Of a stretch of 64,000 bases of DNA, positions 11,454 to 19,943 are shown one piece after another. Source of the stretch: Vulcanimicrobiota bacterium. GTDB lineage: Bacteria; Vulcanimicrobiota; Vulcanimicrobiia; Eremiobacterales; Eremiobacteraceae. A program made the position numbers and the translations under genes. The notes under the pieces are model-generated. The model had not been told where the DNA came from. It made no database searches and worked only from the letters and a program-made list of their open reading frames with translations. The DNA is taken from assembly GCA_963805945.1 (NCBI GenBank), contig CAWDVP010000001.1, forward strand, positions 224,001 through 288,000. The letters are read 5' to 3'. Numbering within the stretch: the stretch's first letter is position 1; every line of letters begins with the position of its first letter.

Positions 11454-12458
11454 ATGCAGGCGATGCTGTTGGAAACTGCTGGTCGCGCGTTGCGTGCCGC
11501 CGACGTGCCTGTCCCCACACCGGAAGCCCATCAGGTGCTCGTGCAGGTGGACGCGTGCGGCGTGTGCCGGACGGATCTCCACATCCTCGACGGCGAGCTG
11601 GCCAAGCCGAAGCTGCCGCTCGTGCTCGGACACGAGATCGTCGGGCGCGTCGCAGCGCTTGGCGCTGACGTCTCCCGTTTCGCGGCCGGCGATCGCGTCG
11701 GCATCCCGTGGCTCGGCTGGACGTGCGGGCACTGCGTCTTCTGCCGCTCGGGGCGCGAGAACTTGTGTGCGCGCGCGCGCTTCACCGGCTACGACATCGA
11801 CGGCGGCTACGCCGAATACACCGTGGCCGACGAGCGCTATTGCTTTTCCATCTCCTCGATCTACTCGGACGCCGAAGCGGCTCCGCTCATGTGCGCGGGG
11901 CTTATCGGCTATCGCTGCCTGCGCGCGGCGGGCGACGCGGCGCGCCTCGGCATCTACGGCTTCGGCGCGGCGGCGCACATCATCGCGCAGGTGGCGCGCC
12001 ACCAGGGCCGCCGGGTGTTCGCATTCGTGCGGCCGGGCGACGACACGGCCCAGCGCTTCGCGCTCGACCTCGGCGCGGTCTGGGCAGGTGACTCGACGCA
12101 GACGCCGCCCGAGCCGCTCGACGCCGCCATCATCTTCGCGCCTGCGGGCGAGCTGGTGCCGGCGGCGCTCGCAGCCCTCGAACGCGGCGGCACCGTCGTG
12201 TGCGGCGGCATCCACATGAGCCCGATCCCATCATTCGACTACGATTTGCTGTGGGGCGAGCGCTCGATCCGCTCGGTCGCCAATCTCACGCGCCGCGATG
12301 CCGAGGAGTTCCTCGCGCTCGCGCCTGCCGTGCCGGTCCGCACGCACATCATGAACTATCCGCGCGCGCGGGCGGATGAGGCTCTCGCCGACCTGCGCGC
12401 CGGGCGCGTGCGCGGGGCGGCGGTGCTCGTTTCGCAGGGACTAGCTCCAAGAAAATAG
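11454..12458 (+). CDS. Zinc-dependent alcohol dehydrogenase
   Basis: CGVCRTDLH, GHEIVG, CGHCVFCRSGRENLC and GFGAAAH. Confidence 0.93.
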   Translation: MQAMLLETAGRALRAADVPVPTPEAHQVLVQVDACGVCRTDLHILDGELAKPKLPLVLGHEIVGRVAALGADVSRFAAGDRVGIPWLGWTCGHCVFCRSGRENLCARARFTGYDIDGGYAEYTVADERYCFSISSIYSDAEAAPLMCAGLIGYRCLRAAGDAARLGIYGFGAAAHIIAQVARHQGRRVFAFVRPGDDTAQRFALDLGAVWAGDSTQTPPEPLDAAIIFAPAGELVPAALAALERGGTVVCGGIHMSPIPSFDYDLLWGERSIRSVANLTRRDAEEFLALAPAVPVRTHIMNYPRARADEALADLRAGRVRGAAVLVSQGLAPRK

Positions 12459-12490
12459 CGCGGCCTCCCCGGTCGGGGGAGAGCCGCGCT
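12457..12490. terminator. GC-rich hairpin between convergent adh and hsp20
   Basis: agcgcggcctcccc-ggtc-gggggagagccgcgct, an imperfect inverted repeat without a U-tract. Confidence 0.55.
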
Positions 12491-12524
12491 GCCGCCTCCA
12501 TGGGCGGTGACTTGTACGGGCCGA

Positions 12525-13001
12525 CTAGCCCTTGATGCCGATCCGTTCGGCTTGGGCTGCTTTCGGCGCCGGTATCTTGACCTTGAGGATCCCGTGCTCG
12601 TACTCCGCTTCGACCTTCTTCGGGTCGATGGGCTCCGGGAATGTGAGCGAGCGGAGGAACTCGCCGCGCTGGCGTTCGCGATAGAAGTACTGAGGACGAT
12701 CCTCTTTCTTCATCTCTTCGCTGCGCGCGGTGATGGTGAGCGCCTTGCCGCTGGCCTGGATCTCGATGTTCTCCTTCTTCATCCCAGGCAGCGCGCACTC
12801 GACGACATACATGCCCTCTTTCTCGTACACGTCAAGATCGAAGGTGAAGGCCGGCGTCCGGAACGCCGTTTGCGCGGCGGGCAGCCAGCCAAGAAGCGGT
12901 TTGAGGCCTTCGCTCATGCGTGTGAATTCCGCGAATGGGTCATATAGTTCGACCGTCTGCAGTTCTTTGGTGGCTCTCTCGCCGTTGATGGTGGTCGCCA
13001 T
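12525..13001 (-). CDS. Hsp20/alpha-crystallin small heat shock protein
   Basis: DVYEKE...LPGMKKENIEI...RERQRGEFLRSLTFPEPID...AEYEHGILKVKIP; GGAGGG RBS. Confidence 0.93.
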   Translation of the reverse strand: MATTINGERATKELQTVELYDPFAEFTRMSEGLKPLLGWLPAAQTAFRTPAFTFDLDVYEKEGMYVVECALPGMKKENIEIQASGKALTITARSEEMKKEDRPQYFYRERQRGEFLRSLTFPEPIDPKKVEAEYEHGILKVKIPAPKAAQAERIGIKG

Positions 13002-13053
13002 GATGTCCCTCCTTGTTCAGAGCGGTTCCGGTTTTGCCCGGCGACCTACAGCA

Positions 13054-13098
13054 AGCGTACTCGCGTCATCAGAGCGATGCTATGAAGATGGCGTGAGG
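13054..13098 (-). promoter_or_regulatory. Putative promoter with shared island motif
   Basis: Minus strand CCTCACG-N4-CTTCATA-N21-TACGCT upstream of hsp20. Confidence 0.5.
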
Positions 13099-13109
13099 GT
13101 TGCGACTTT

Positions 13110-13814
13110 TCACGACCCAGCGCCTCGCTGCGCCGCGTGCTCGAGCAGCCTGCGGACCTCGTCGTCTTGGGTCTGGGAGAAATCTTCGTACCACGCGCCG
13201 ACGGCGAAGAACGGATCGGGGGTCTGCGCGCACACGACCTCGTCGACCATTTCAGCGAGTTCGGCGGCCGCCTCCGGCGCGGCCACAGGGACCGCGACGA
13301 CGATCGCCGCGGGCCGCTCGCGCCGCAGCGCCTGCACGGCGGCTTGCATGCTCGAACCGGTCGCCAGCCCGTCGTCCACGAGGATCACGGTGCGGCCTTG
13401 TACGACCGGTGGCGGGCGATGGTTGCGGTATGCAGCCTCACGGCGTTCCACTTCGTGACGCGCTTGCTCCACGATCTCCGCGATCGTCTGCTTCGGCAGA
13501 TCGAGGTGGCGGGCCAGTTCCTCGTCGATCAACACCAGCCCGCCGCTTGCGGCGGCGCCAAGCGCCAGCTCTTCATAGCCCGGCACGCCGATCTTCTTGA
13601 CGACGAGGATGTCGAGCGGCACGCGGAGCGCCGACGCGATCTCAAAGGCGACGGGCACGCCGCCGCGGGGCAACGCCAGGACGACGACGTCAGGACGATC
13701 TGCGAAGCTAGAGAGCAGGCCGGCGAGCACGCGCCCGGCATCGGTGCGATCGCCAAACCCATGCGCCCGCGGGTGTGTCCGGGCGCCGGCATGGCTGCGA
13801 TCGAGTGTGTTCAT
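13110..13814 (-). CDS. Phosphoribosyltransferase family protein
   Basis: ALPRGGVPVA, VILVDDGLATGSSM and AVGAWYEDFSQTQDDEV. Confidence 0.9.
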   Translation of the reverse strand: MNTLDRSHAGARTHPRAHGFGDRTDAGRVLAGLLSSFADRPDVVVLALPRGGVPVAFEIASALRVPLDILVVKKIGVPGYEELALGAAASGGLVLIDEELARHLDLPKQTIAEIVEQARHEVERREAAYRNHRPPPVVQGRTVILVDDGLATGSSMQAAVQALRRERPAAIVVAVPVAAPEAAAELAEMVDEVVCAQTPDPFFAVGAWYEDFSQTQDDEVRRLLEHAAQRGAGS

Positions 13815-13851
13815 GGCTCATCTCGCTTTTCTCAAAGCGTGCGCGCCTGCG

Positions 13852-14007
13852 TCAGCGTCTCCGCCGCTTGGTCTTTGGATCGAGCTCGGCCCGTCGTTTG
13901 CGCGCGTCGACGCGCTCGTATTCCTCGATGCGCGCGATGGACAGCCTCGCATTGTCCGGCTTGCCGTGCCGCATGGTCGAGCGCGTCCGCTTCTTCGGCT
14001 TCTTCAC
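13852..14007 (-). CDS. Possible small basic protein (51 aa)
   Basis: GTG-start ORF MKKPKKRTRSTMRHGKPDNARLSIARIEEYERVDARKRRAELDPKTKRRRR fills the gap after a hairpin. No clear RBS. Confidence 0.35.
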   Translation of the reverse strand: MKKPKKRTRSTMRHGKPDNARLSIARIEEYERVDARKRRAELDPKTKRRRR

Positions 14008-14019
14008 GGGCAGACAGCC

Positions 14020-14050
14020 ATAGCGATGCCGGGGTCTCCGGCATCGCTAT
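14020..14050. terminator. Perfect 13-bp-stem hairpin downstream of the cyc2-like gene
   Basis: atagcgatgccgg-ggtct-ccggcatcgctat. Confidence 0.65.
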
Positions 14051-14077
14051 CCGAGTGCGCGCTCACGGGTGCTCCTC

Positions 14078-15244
14078 CTAGTGCAGCGCTCCGAAGGTCG
14101 TGTCGAATTGCAGGTTCATCCGCCACGCCGGCATCGTGCCGCTTTGCATCCCCACCTCGCCGTTGAGCGTCCACGCGGTGGCCGCACGCGACGAGACGTG
14201 GCGCGAGACGACGATGCCGAGATCGACGTTGCCGTATTGGGTGATCGTGCCCAACCCGTCGTTGGTCATCTCTTTGCGAACGCCGAGCATGACCACGTTC
14301 TTGTAGAGCGGTTCGGTGAGGTCGATCGAGTAGCCGTAGCTGTGCGCCGGGCCGAACGCGGGACCGGCGTTCGAGTCGTTGTTGTTCTGCACGAGCGCGA
14401 ACAATCCGGGGAGGCCGTGCTGCGGGTCGATCTCGATATATGGTCCGACCGCGCTGTAATTGTCAAAGGAGCCGTCCGAGAGCGGATACGAGCCCGTCGC
14501 TCCGTACACGCCTGCCTCGATCGGCTTATCCGCGCGTGCGTATGCGAGGCGGTACTGGAACGTCCGGTCGGACTCCCAGTCGAAGGCGGTGTTCAGATTG
14601 TCGCCGGTGGTCACATAGGCGGCTTCGGCGACGTAGCCCGGACGGATGTATTGCATCTTCGCGCCCCAGCGATTGGACGACAGGCCGTACGTGTGCTCGC
14701 CGACGGTCATCGACGGCGGTACGAATCCGGACAGCTCGAACCACTGGCTGAACGGAGAGGGAGCCGGCAGTTCCAGCTTACCGACAGTCAAGTGCCCGTC
14801 ACGGTGGAGCAGGTTGTTGTAGGTCAACCACAGCGTGTCGGTGCCGCCCGGCTGATCGTTCTGCTGGATCCATTGGTGCAGATGCCAGGTGATGTCGTTG
14901 CCTATGTAGCCCGCGCCGTGCAGCGACAGATTGCCGGTCTGCATAACGTACGGCTCGGCGGCGTCCTGCGTGTCGTAGAAGATCGCTTCGGCGCCCCACA
15001 GCGGGAAGGCCTTATGGATGGTGCTCGCGTCCAGCGACGAGTAGTCGCTGCGCTGCACGTATCGTCCGTACGCGTTGAGCGCCGGCACGGAGGAGTGGCA
15101 GACCTCGCAATTGATGCCGTACGCTTGGGCGAAGACCGGCATGGCCTGGGTCGGGCGCAGGCTCTCGATCACGAACGCGACCGCGAGCACGCCCCCGACG
15201 ATCAGGATGGTAGCCCGGATGGTGCCTCGGGCGGGCGCGTTCAC
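14078..15244 (-). CDS. Cyc2-like monoheme cytochrome c / porin fusion
   Basis: Signal peptide, then AMPVFAQAYGINCEVCHSSVPALNAYGRY (a single CxxCH in a Cyc2-type context), then about 330 aa rich in alternating aromatic beta-strand-like segments. GTGA overlap with the cupredoxin stop. Confidence 0.72.
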   Translation of the reverse strand: MNAPARGTIRATILIVGGVLAVAFVIESLRPTQAMPVFAQAYGINCEVCHSSVPALNAYGRYVQRSDYSSLDASTIHKAFPLWGAEAIFYDTQDAAEPYVMQTGNLSLHGAGYIGNDITWHLHQWIQQNDQPGGTDTLWLTYNNLLHRDGHLTVGKLELPAPSPFSQWFELSGFVPPSMTVGEHTYGLSSNRWGAKMQYIRPGYVAEAAYVTTGDNLNTAFDWESDRTFQYRLAYARADKPIEAGVYGATGSYPLSDGSFDNYSAVGPYIEIDPQHGLPGLFALVQNNNDSNAGPAFGPAHSYGYSIDLTEPLYKNVVMLGVRKEMTNDGLGTITQYGNVDLGIVVSRHVSSRAATAWTLNGEVGMQSGTMPAWRMNLQFDTTFGALH

Positions 15245-15597
15245 GGCTTGACCTCGACCGTCAGCACCATGTCCCCATGTCCAGGGCCGCACGGTTGGCT
15301 GCAATGGATCTTATAGGTCCCGGCCGTCTTCGGCGTCACCATGACGTCGACGAACTTGCCCGGCGCGATCGTCGTGTCGGGGATGCCGAGTTCCGTGGAC
15401 GAGATGCCGTGCACGCCGCCCGATGAGGTGAGATGCAGCGTGGTGGTCTCTCCGACGTGCATCTCGACGGTCGCCGGGGTGAACTTCCAGTTCGAGGCCA
15501 CGACGTCGACCGTGGGATGGGCGAAGGCCGGCAGTGCCAGCATGAGAACCGCGCCGCCAGCAAGGCCGGCAAGCCGATGTGCGAGTGAAAATGTCAT
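15241..15597 (-). CDS. Exported cupredoxin with CuA-type motif
   Basis: Signal peptide ending AFA; WKFTP, VHG and HCSQPCGPGHGDM (H..CxxxCxxxHxxM); AAGGAG RBS. Confidence 0.88.
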   Translation of the reverse strand: MTFSLAHRLAGLAGGAVLMLALPAFAHPTVDVVASNWKFTPATVEMHVGETTTLHLTSSGGVHGISSTELGIPDTTIAPGKFVDVMVTPKTAGTYKIHCSQPCGPGHGDMVLTVEVKP

Positions 15598-15619
15598 GGT
15601 TATCTCTCCTTCTGACATC

Positions 15620-15673
15620 AGTCTACCAGAGCGGGTCGCGCAGGACGTGAAGCCGTTTGGAAGGTGTGTGAAG
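15620..15673 (-). promoter_or_regulatory. Putative promoter with triple shared island motif
   Basis: Plus strand CGTGAAG-ccgt-TTGGAAG-gtg-TGTGAAG at 15646-15673, 20 nt from TAGACT on the minus strand. Confidence 0.5.
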
Positions 15674-15770
15674 GGTGCGACTAGGGACGCACGGGTGCTG
15701 GCGGCGCCTGCGAGAATCGTCCCGCTGAGTTAGACGCATCGGCCCAGGAAGCGACCGCTCTATCGGCCGG

Positions 15771-17402
15771 TCACCACGTGCGCATGCCGGGCGCGCCGTA
15801 CGGATGCACGTGCACCAGGTCGTACATCGGCCCGACGTAGGCGAGGAAGGCCAGCACGACCGCCGCGAGCGCCCACATGCCGATCTTGTCGAACGCGGCC
15901 GGCGTGGGCATGGCCTCGTCCTCGGGCTGCGCGAACGTCACGGCCTCGTCCGCGGGCTCATCGTGCAGGCGCGTGCCGATCGCCACGGTCGCGAACATGA
16001 GGATGCTGATGAAGAGGATCGCGCCGCCGATCGCCGCCGCGATCATCTCGGGCATCCACAGGCTCGCCGCGGCCGAACCGAAATACGTCACGTCGTCGGT
16101 GCGCCGCGGCGAGCCGAGCAGGCCGGCCCAATGCATGGCGGTGGACATCACGAGCATCCCGATGAACCAGGCATAGGTCTGTGCCAGCGCCAGTTTCGGC
16201 GCCCACAACTTGCGCCCGGTGAGCGCCGGCACCAGCCAATAGGCGATGCCGACGAACGACAGCGCCACCGGGCCGCCCACGGTCACATGGAAGTGCCCGA
16301 CGATCCACATGGTGTTGTGCACCAGCGTGTCCATGCTGTACGAGGCGTTCACCACGCCGCCGAAACCGCCGAAGATGAACAGGATCATGCCGAGCGCAGG
16401 CCCCGCGAACGCCGGGTTGCTCCACGGCAGCGTGGCGACGGCGCCGATGAAGCCGGGGCGGCCCTTGCGCCGCGCGGCCATCTCGAACGAGGCGAAGATC
16501 GCGAACGCGGTCATGATCGACGGGATGACGACGCCGTAGGTCGTCATGGTGTGGACCCATTTCCATGCCGCCGAGATGCCCGGCTCCATGAACTGGTGAT
16601 GCAGACCGACCGGCGTCGAGAGGATCAACAGCAGCAGAAACGCCAGACGCGTGAGCGCGTCGCTGAACACCTTGCCGCCGTATAGCGTCGGCACGATGTT
16701 GTACCAGATCAGATACGCGCCCATGATCCAGAAGTAGACGAGCGGATGGCCGAAGTACCAGAACAGCATGCGCGTCATCATCACGTCGACGGTCGGCGTC
16801 CAGCCGAGCGACCACGGGATGAGGAAGAACAGCATCTCGATCGCCACGCCGATCGTGGCGATGAACCACATGACGAACGTGCAGGTGGCGCCGTGCACCA
16901 TGAGCGGCAGCGCCTCGCCGGGGCGCGTCCGCCGGAAGTACACGACGTTCTCGAGGATCTCGTAGAGCACGAACCAGGTCGCGACGACGAGCACGGTCGC
17001 GCCGATGTAGAACGACGGATGCGCCTTGAGCGGCGCGTAGAACGTGTAGAGCACCGACGCGCTGCCGCTGAGGATGGCGACGGTGGCGGTGAGCGTGCCC
17101 GCGAGCATCAGCGCGAAGCCCGACCAGGAAAGCGCGAGCGAGCGCTCGCGCGGTATGGTGCGATACACGCCGAACAGCGACAGCCCGCAGATGAAGAACG
17201 TGGTGAACACGATCGCCATGAGCACGCCGTGCGCGGTGAGCATGCGATAGTAGTCGAACCAGTGCGGTGCGGCGAACCAGCGCGCGCGAGAGAACGCTTG
17301 CAGCAGGCCGAAGATCGCGCCGACGACGATCGCGCCGGTGGCCGTGTACACGTAGCCGAGGATGAGACGGTTCTCGCGCTGGACCTGCGCCGACGCCGCC
17401 AT
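15771..17402 (-). CDS. cbaA: b(o/a)3-type (B-family) heme-copper oxidase subunit I
   Basis: LTAHG, YTFYAPL, FWYFGHPLVYFW, GLHHQF and HNTMWIVGHFH. Confidence 0.93.
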   Translation of the reverse strand: MAASAQVQRENRLILGYVYTATGAIVVGAIFGLLQAFSRARWFAAPHWFDYYRMLTAHGVLMAIVFTTFFICGLSLFGVYRTIPRERSLALSWSGFALMLAGTLTATVAILSGSASVLYTFYAPLKAHPSFYIGATVLVVATWFVLYEILENVVYFRRTRPGEALPLMVHGATCTFVMWFIATIGVAIEMLFFLIPWSLGWTPTVDVMMTRMLFWYFGHPLVYFWIMGAYLIWYNIVPTLYGGKVFSDALTRLAFLLLLILSTPVGLHHQFMEPGISAAWKWVHTMTTYGVVIPSIMTAFAIFASFEMAARRKGRPGFIGAVATLPWSNPAFAGPALGMILFIFGGFGGVVNASYSMDTLVHNTMWIVGHFHVTVGGPVALSFVGIAYWLVPALTGRKLWAPKLALAQTYAWFIGMLVMSTAMHWAGLLGSPRRTDDVTYFGSAAASLWMPEMIAAAIGGAILFISILMFATVAIGTRLHDEPADEAVTFAQPEDEAMPTPAAFDKIGMWALAAVVLAFLAYVGPMYDLVHVHPYGAPGMRTW

Positions 17403-17404
17403 CG

Positions 17405-17872
17405 CTATTTCACCTCGATCGCGCCGTACATGAAATGATGACCGGCGCCGCAATACTCGTTGCACAGCAGCAGATGCTGACCGGGCGTGCGGAAGACATG
17501 GGTCGCCTTGCTGACCCAGCCGGGCACCACGAGCATGTTCACGTCGGTGTCGGTGATGAAGAAGCCATGTACGACATCGGGACTCGTGCTGTAGAACGTC
17601 ACCTTCGCGCCGACGGGCACGGTGATGCGCGGCGGCGTGAACGAGAACACGCGGGCCACGACATAGGCCTCATACTCGTTCGGGCCGGTCTGATGCAGGC
17701 CCGGCGCGTCGAACGGCGCGGTCTGCGCCACCTTGGTGGGGTCGATGGTCTTCTCGTAGCTCGGTGGGATGATGCCGTCCATGAGCGCCGCGCTGCCGAT
17801 GATCGCCAAGAAGATGACGAGCGCCACGACACCAAAACCGAGCCACAGCTTCTCGAGCCGATGGACGTGCAC
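17405..17872 (-). CDS. cbaB: ba3-type oxidase subunit II (CuA)
   Basis: MHVHRLEKLW, one transmembrane helix, DVVHGF and CNEYCGAGHHFM. Confidence 0.93.
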   Translation of the reverse strand: MHVHRLEKLWLGFGVVALVIFLAIIGSAALMDGIIPPSYEKTIDPTKVAQTAPFDAPGLHQTGPNEYEAYVVARVFSFTPPRITVPVGAKVTFYSTSPDVVHGFFITDTDVNMLVVPGWVSKATHVFRTPGQHLLLCNEYCGAGHHFMYGAIEVK

Positions 17873-17873
17873 G

Positions 17874-17993
17874 CTACCACCTGCTCGCCATGAGCGCGTA
17901 CATCAGAAGCCAGCCGACGACGATGAAGACGCCCAAGCCCGTGAGAAAGCGCGCGGTGCCCGGCAGCGGTTGGTCGTCGCGGTCCTGGCTCAT
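17874..17993 (-). CDS. ba3-type oxidase small subunit IIa (CbaD/CoxIIa-like), 39 aa
   Basis: MSQDRDDQPLPGTARFLTGLGVFIVVGWLLMYALMASRW, a single transmembrane helix directly upstream of subunit II. Too short for the ORF track. Confidence 0.78.
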   Translation of the reverse strand: MSQDRDDQPLPGTARFLTGLGVFIVVGWLLMYALMASRW

Positions 17994-18002
17994 TTGGATG
18001 CC

Positions 18003-18047
18003 ATGATACCAGCCGTCCGACGGACGGCGTATGAAGATTCTGCGAAG
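18003..18047 (-). promoter_or_regulatory. Putative promoter with shared island motif
   Basis: Minus strand CTTCGCA-N4-CTTCATA-N21-TATCAT upstream of the oxidase operon. Confidence 0.5.
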
Positions 18048-19892
18048 TTAACCGACGACGCTGCCCGCGGCTTCGCGCAGGCGGGCGCCCTCGATCGCGA
18101 CGCTCGCGAGCTGCGCGAAGACCTCGATCGTGCGCACCGTCTCCTCGCTCGGCACGAGGTGGTCGCGCGGCTCGTCGGGCGACAGCACGCCCATGAGCAC
18201 GCCGTTCGAATCGAAGAACGGGAAGAGCAGCAGGTCGTCCTCGTGCCATTCACCCTGCGCGCCGCGCGGCAGCGTGGCGAGCTGCGGGTTGCGCACGACG
18301 CCGCCCTCGATGTGCAGTTCCATCGGCGCGTAGTAATAGGTGTCGCGCACGCGCGCGCGTTCGGTCATCGACGCCTGCAGCTCGGCGTCGGGCACCTCTT
18401 GCCCGACGACCGCCGCCGCGAAACCGATCGCCGCGCGTCGCACGAACACGTTGCGCGTGGGGTCGCGCACGACGATGGTGCCCGCGGTGAAGTTGAACTG
18501 GCTGACGGCGACCTCGAGGATGCGCTTGAGGACGCGGTCGAGGTCCCGCTCCTTGAAGATGGACGCGGTGAGGTCGAGGATGCTCGCCAGCCTGGCCGCC
18601 TGTTTGCGCCGCCCTTCGGCGGCGGTCTCGGCGTCGCGGTAGAGGCGCTGCATCTCGCGATTGGTCTCGGTCAGTTCTTCAGCGCGACGCTGTTCGGTGG
18701 TGAAGAGATGCACGTTCTCGATCGCCGCCGCCGCCAGGTGGGCGAAGAGCGCGACGTTGTCCAGCGTGGCTTTGGACGGCACCTTGTCGTCGGCAGGCGC
18801 ATCCGGCTCGAGCAGCCCGATGACGTCGCCCGATGACGAGTGCAGGCGGAAGAGCAGCGTATCCGCTTCGTTCCAATCGTCGGGCGAGTTGCGCGCCTCG
18901 CCGAGACGGCTGCGATCGAAGGTCAGCGCCGGATCCGTATACCACGTCTGCTCTTCGACGGGCGCGTAATACACGCTCGGGCGGACCTCGAAGCGTTTGT
19001 CGAGCTTCAGGTCGACCTGGGCGAACGCGAACTCGCCGTCGCGCAGGGCCGCCTCCACATCGGGCGCGTAGCCGCGCACCGCGCTGGCGCGATAGACCTC
19101 GCGATCCCTGTCCGCCACCAGAATCGAGCCGGCCCGGAAGCCGAATGCTTTGATCGTGGCGTCCAGGATGCGGTCGAGCAGCATCGCCAGCTCGCGTTCA
19201 CGCATGAGCGTGACGCTGAGCTCGACGACCTTGCGCAGGGTCGCGGCTTGCGCCTTCGTCTCGGCGAGCATGATCTGTTCGCTGCGCGCCGCGTTCGAGA
19301 GCGCTGCGCTGCGAAGCGAGAGCGCCGCATTGCGCTCGTCGATCTCACGGACGAGCAGTCCGATGTTGAGGACATTGAGCCACAGCACCGCCGCCTGGAA
19401 GAACAGGCTGACCGACGTCGATGATGGCGTAGGACGCAGCCAATGCGACAAGACGATGACGGCGGTAGCGCCAAAACCCGCGGCGAGCGCTCCCGGATAA
19501 CGCTCACGCGCAGCCGCGATCGCGGTGAAGATGATGAGGCCGACCCACGTTCCCGGGAATACCGGCTCGTAGGCCACCACGACGGCCGAGAGGGCGATGA
19601 AGTCCGCGACGAGGACGAGCCGCGCCATCTGGCGGATCGCCGTGAAGCTCTGCGCGCGGTTGTTGAACCACGCGGCCGCGAGGCTCGCGACCAGCCAGAA
19701 CACGATCGCCGCGGGCCTGACCCACGCCGGGCTCGAGGCCGGCAACCAGTAGGCGATCGCCGCGGTCATGAAGACCGTGATGAGGCGCACGCGAAGAATG
19801 CCCGCTTCGATGCGGCGCTGCTCTTCGAGAGTCGTGCCTAAGATGTCGTCTATCATGGCGTTGGGTGCGGCGCCGGCTGTGCGGGCCGCCAT
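18048..19892 (-). CDS. Membrane protein with tandem GAF-like domains and no output domain
   Basis: About 5-6 N-terminal transmembrane helices, coiled coils, and two internally similar GAF-like repeats (W.E.D.LLF....S.G...G.L.PD.P.D..VPS). Alternative start at 19856. Confidence 0.75.
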   Translation of the reverse strand: MAARTAGAAPNAMIDDILGTTLEEQRRIEAGILRVRLITVFMTAAIAYWLPASSPAWVRPAAIVFWLVASLAAAWFNNRAQSFTAIRQMARLVLVADFIALSAVVVAYEPVFPGTWVGLIIFTAIAAARERYPGALAAGFGATAVIVLSHWLRPTPSSTSVSLFFQAAVLWLNVLNIGLLVREIDERNAALSLRSAALSNAARSEQIMLAETKAQAATLRKVVELSVTLMRERELAMLLDRILDATIKAFGFRAGSILVADRDREVYRASAVRGYAPDVEAALRDGEFAFAQVDLKLDKRFEVRPSVYYAPVEEQTWYTDPALTFDRSRLGEARNSPDDWNEADTLLFRLHSSSGDVIGLLEPDAPADDKVPSKATLDNVALFAHLAAAAIENVHLFTTEQRRAEELTETNREMQRLYRDAETAAEGRRKQAARLASILDLTASIFKERDLDRVLKRILEVAVSQFNFTAGTIVVRDPTRNVFVRRAAIGFAAAVVGQEVPDAELQASMTERARVRDTYYYAPMELHIEGGVVRNPQLATLPRGAQGEWHEDDLLLFPFFDSNGVLMGVLSPDEPRDHLVPSEETVRTIEVFAQLASVAIEGARLREAAGSVVG

Positions 19893-19926
19893 CTCTTTTG
19901 TTATCGGCAGCCGCGGCGGGGGAGCG

Positions 19927-19943
19927 GACCGGACACGCCGGTC
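19927..19943 (-). promoter_or_regulatory. Putative bacterial SECIS hairpin
   Basis: GACCGG-CGUGU-CCGGUC begins 10 nt after the in-frame UGA, with G at the second loop position. Confidence 0.55.
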
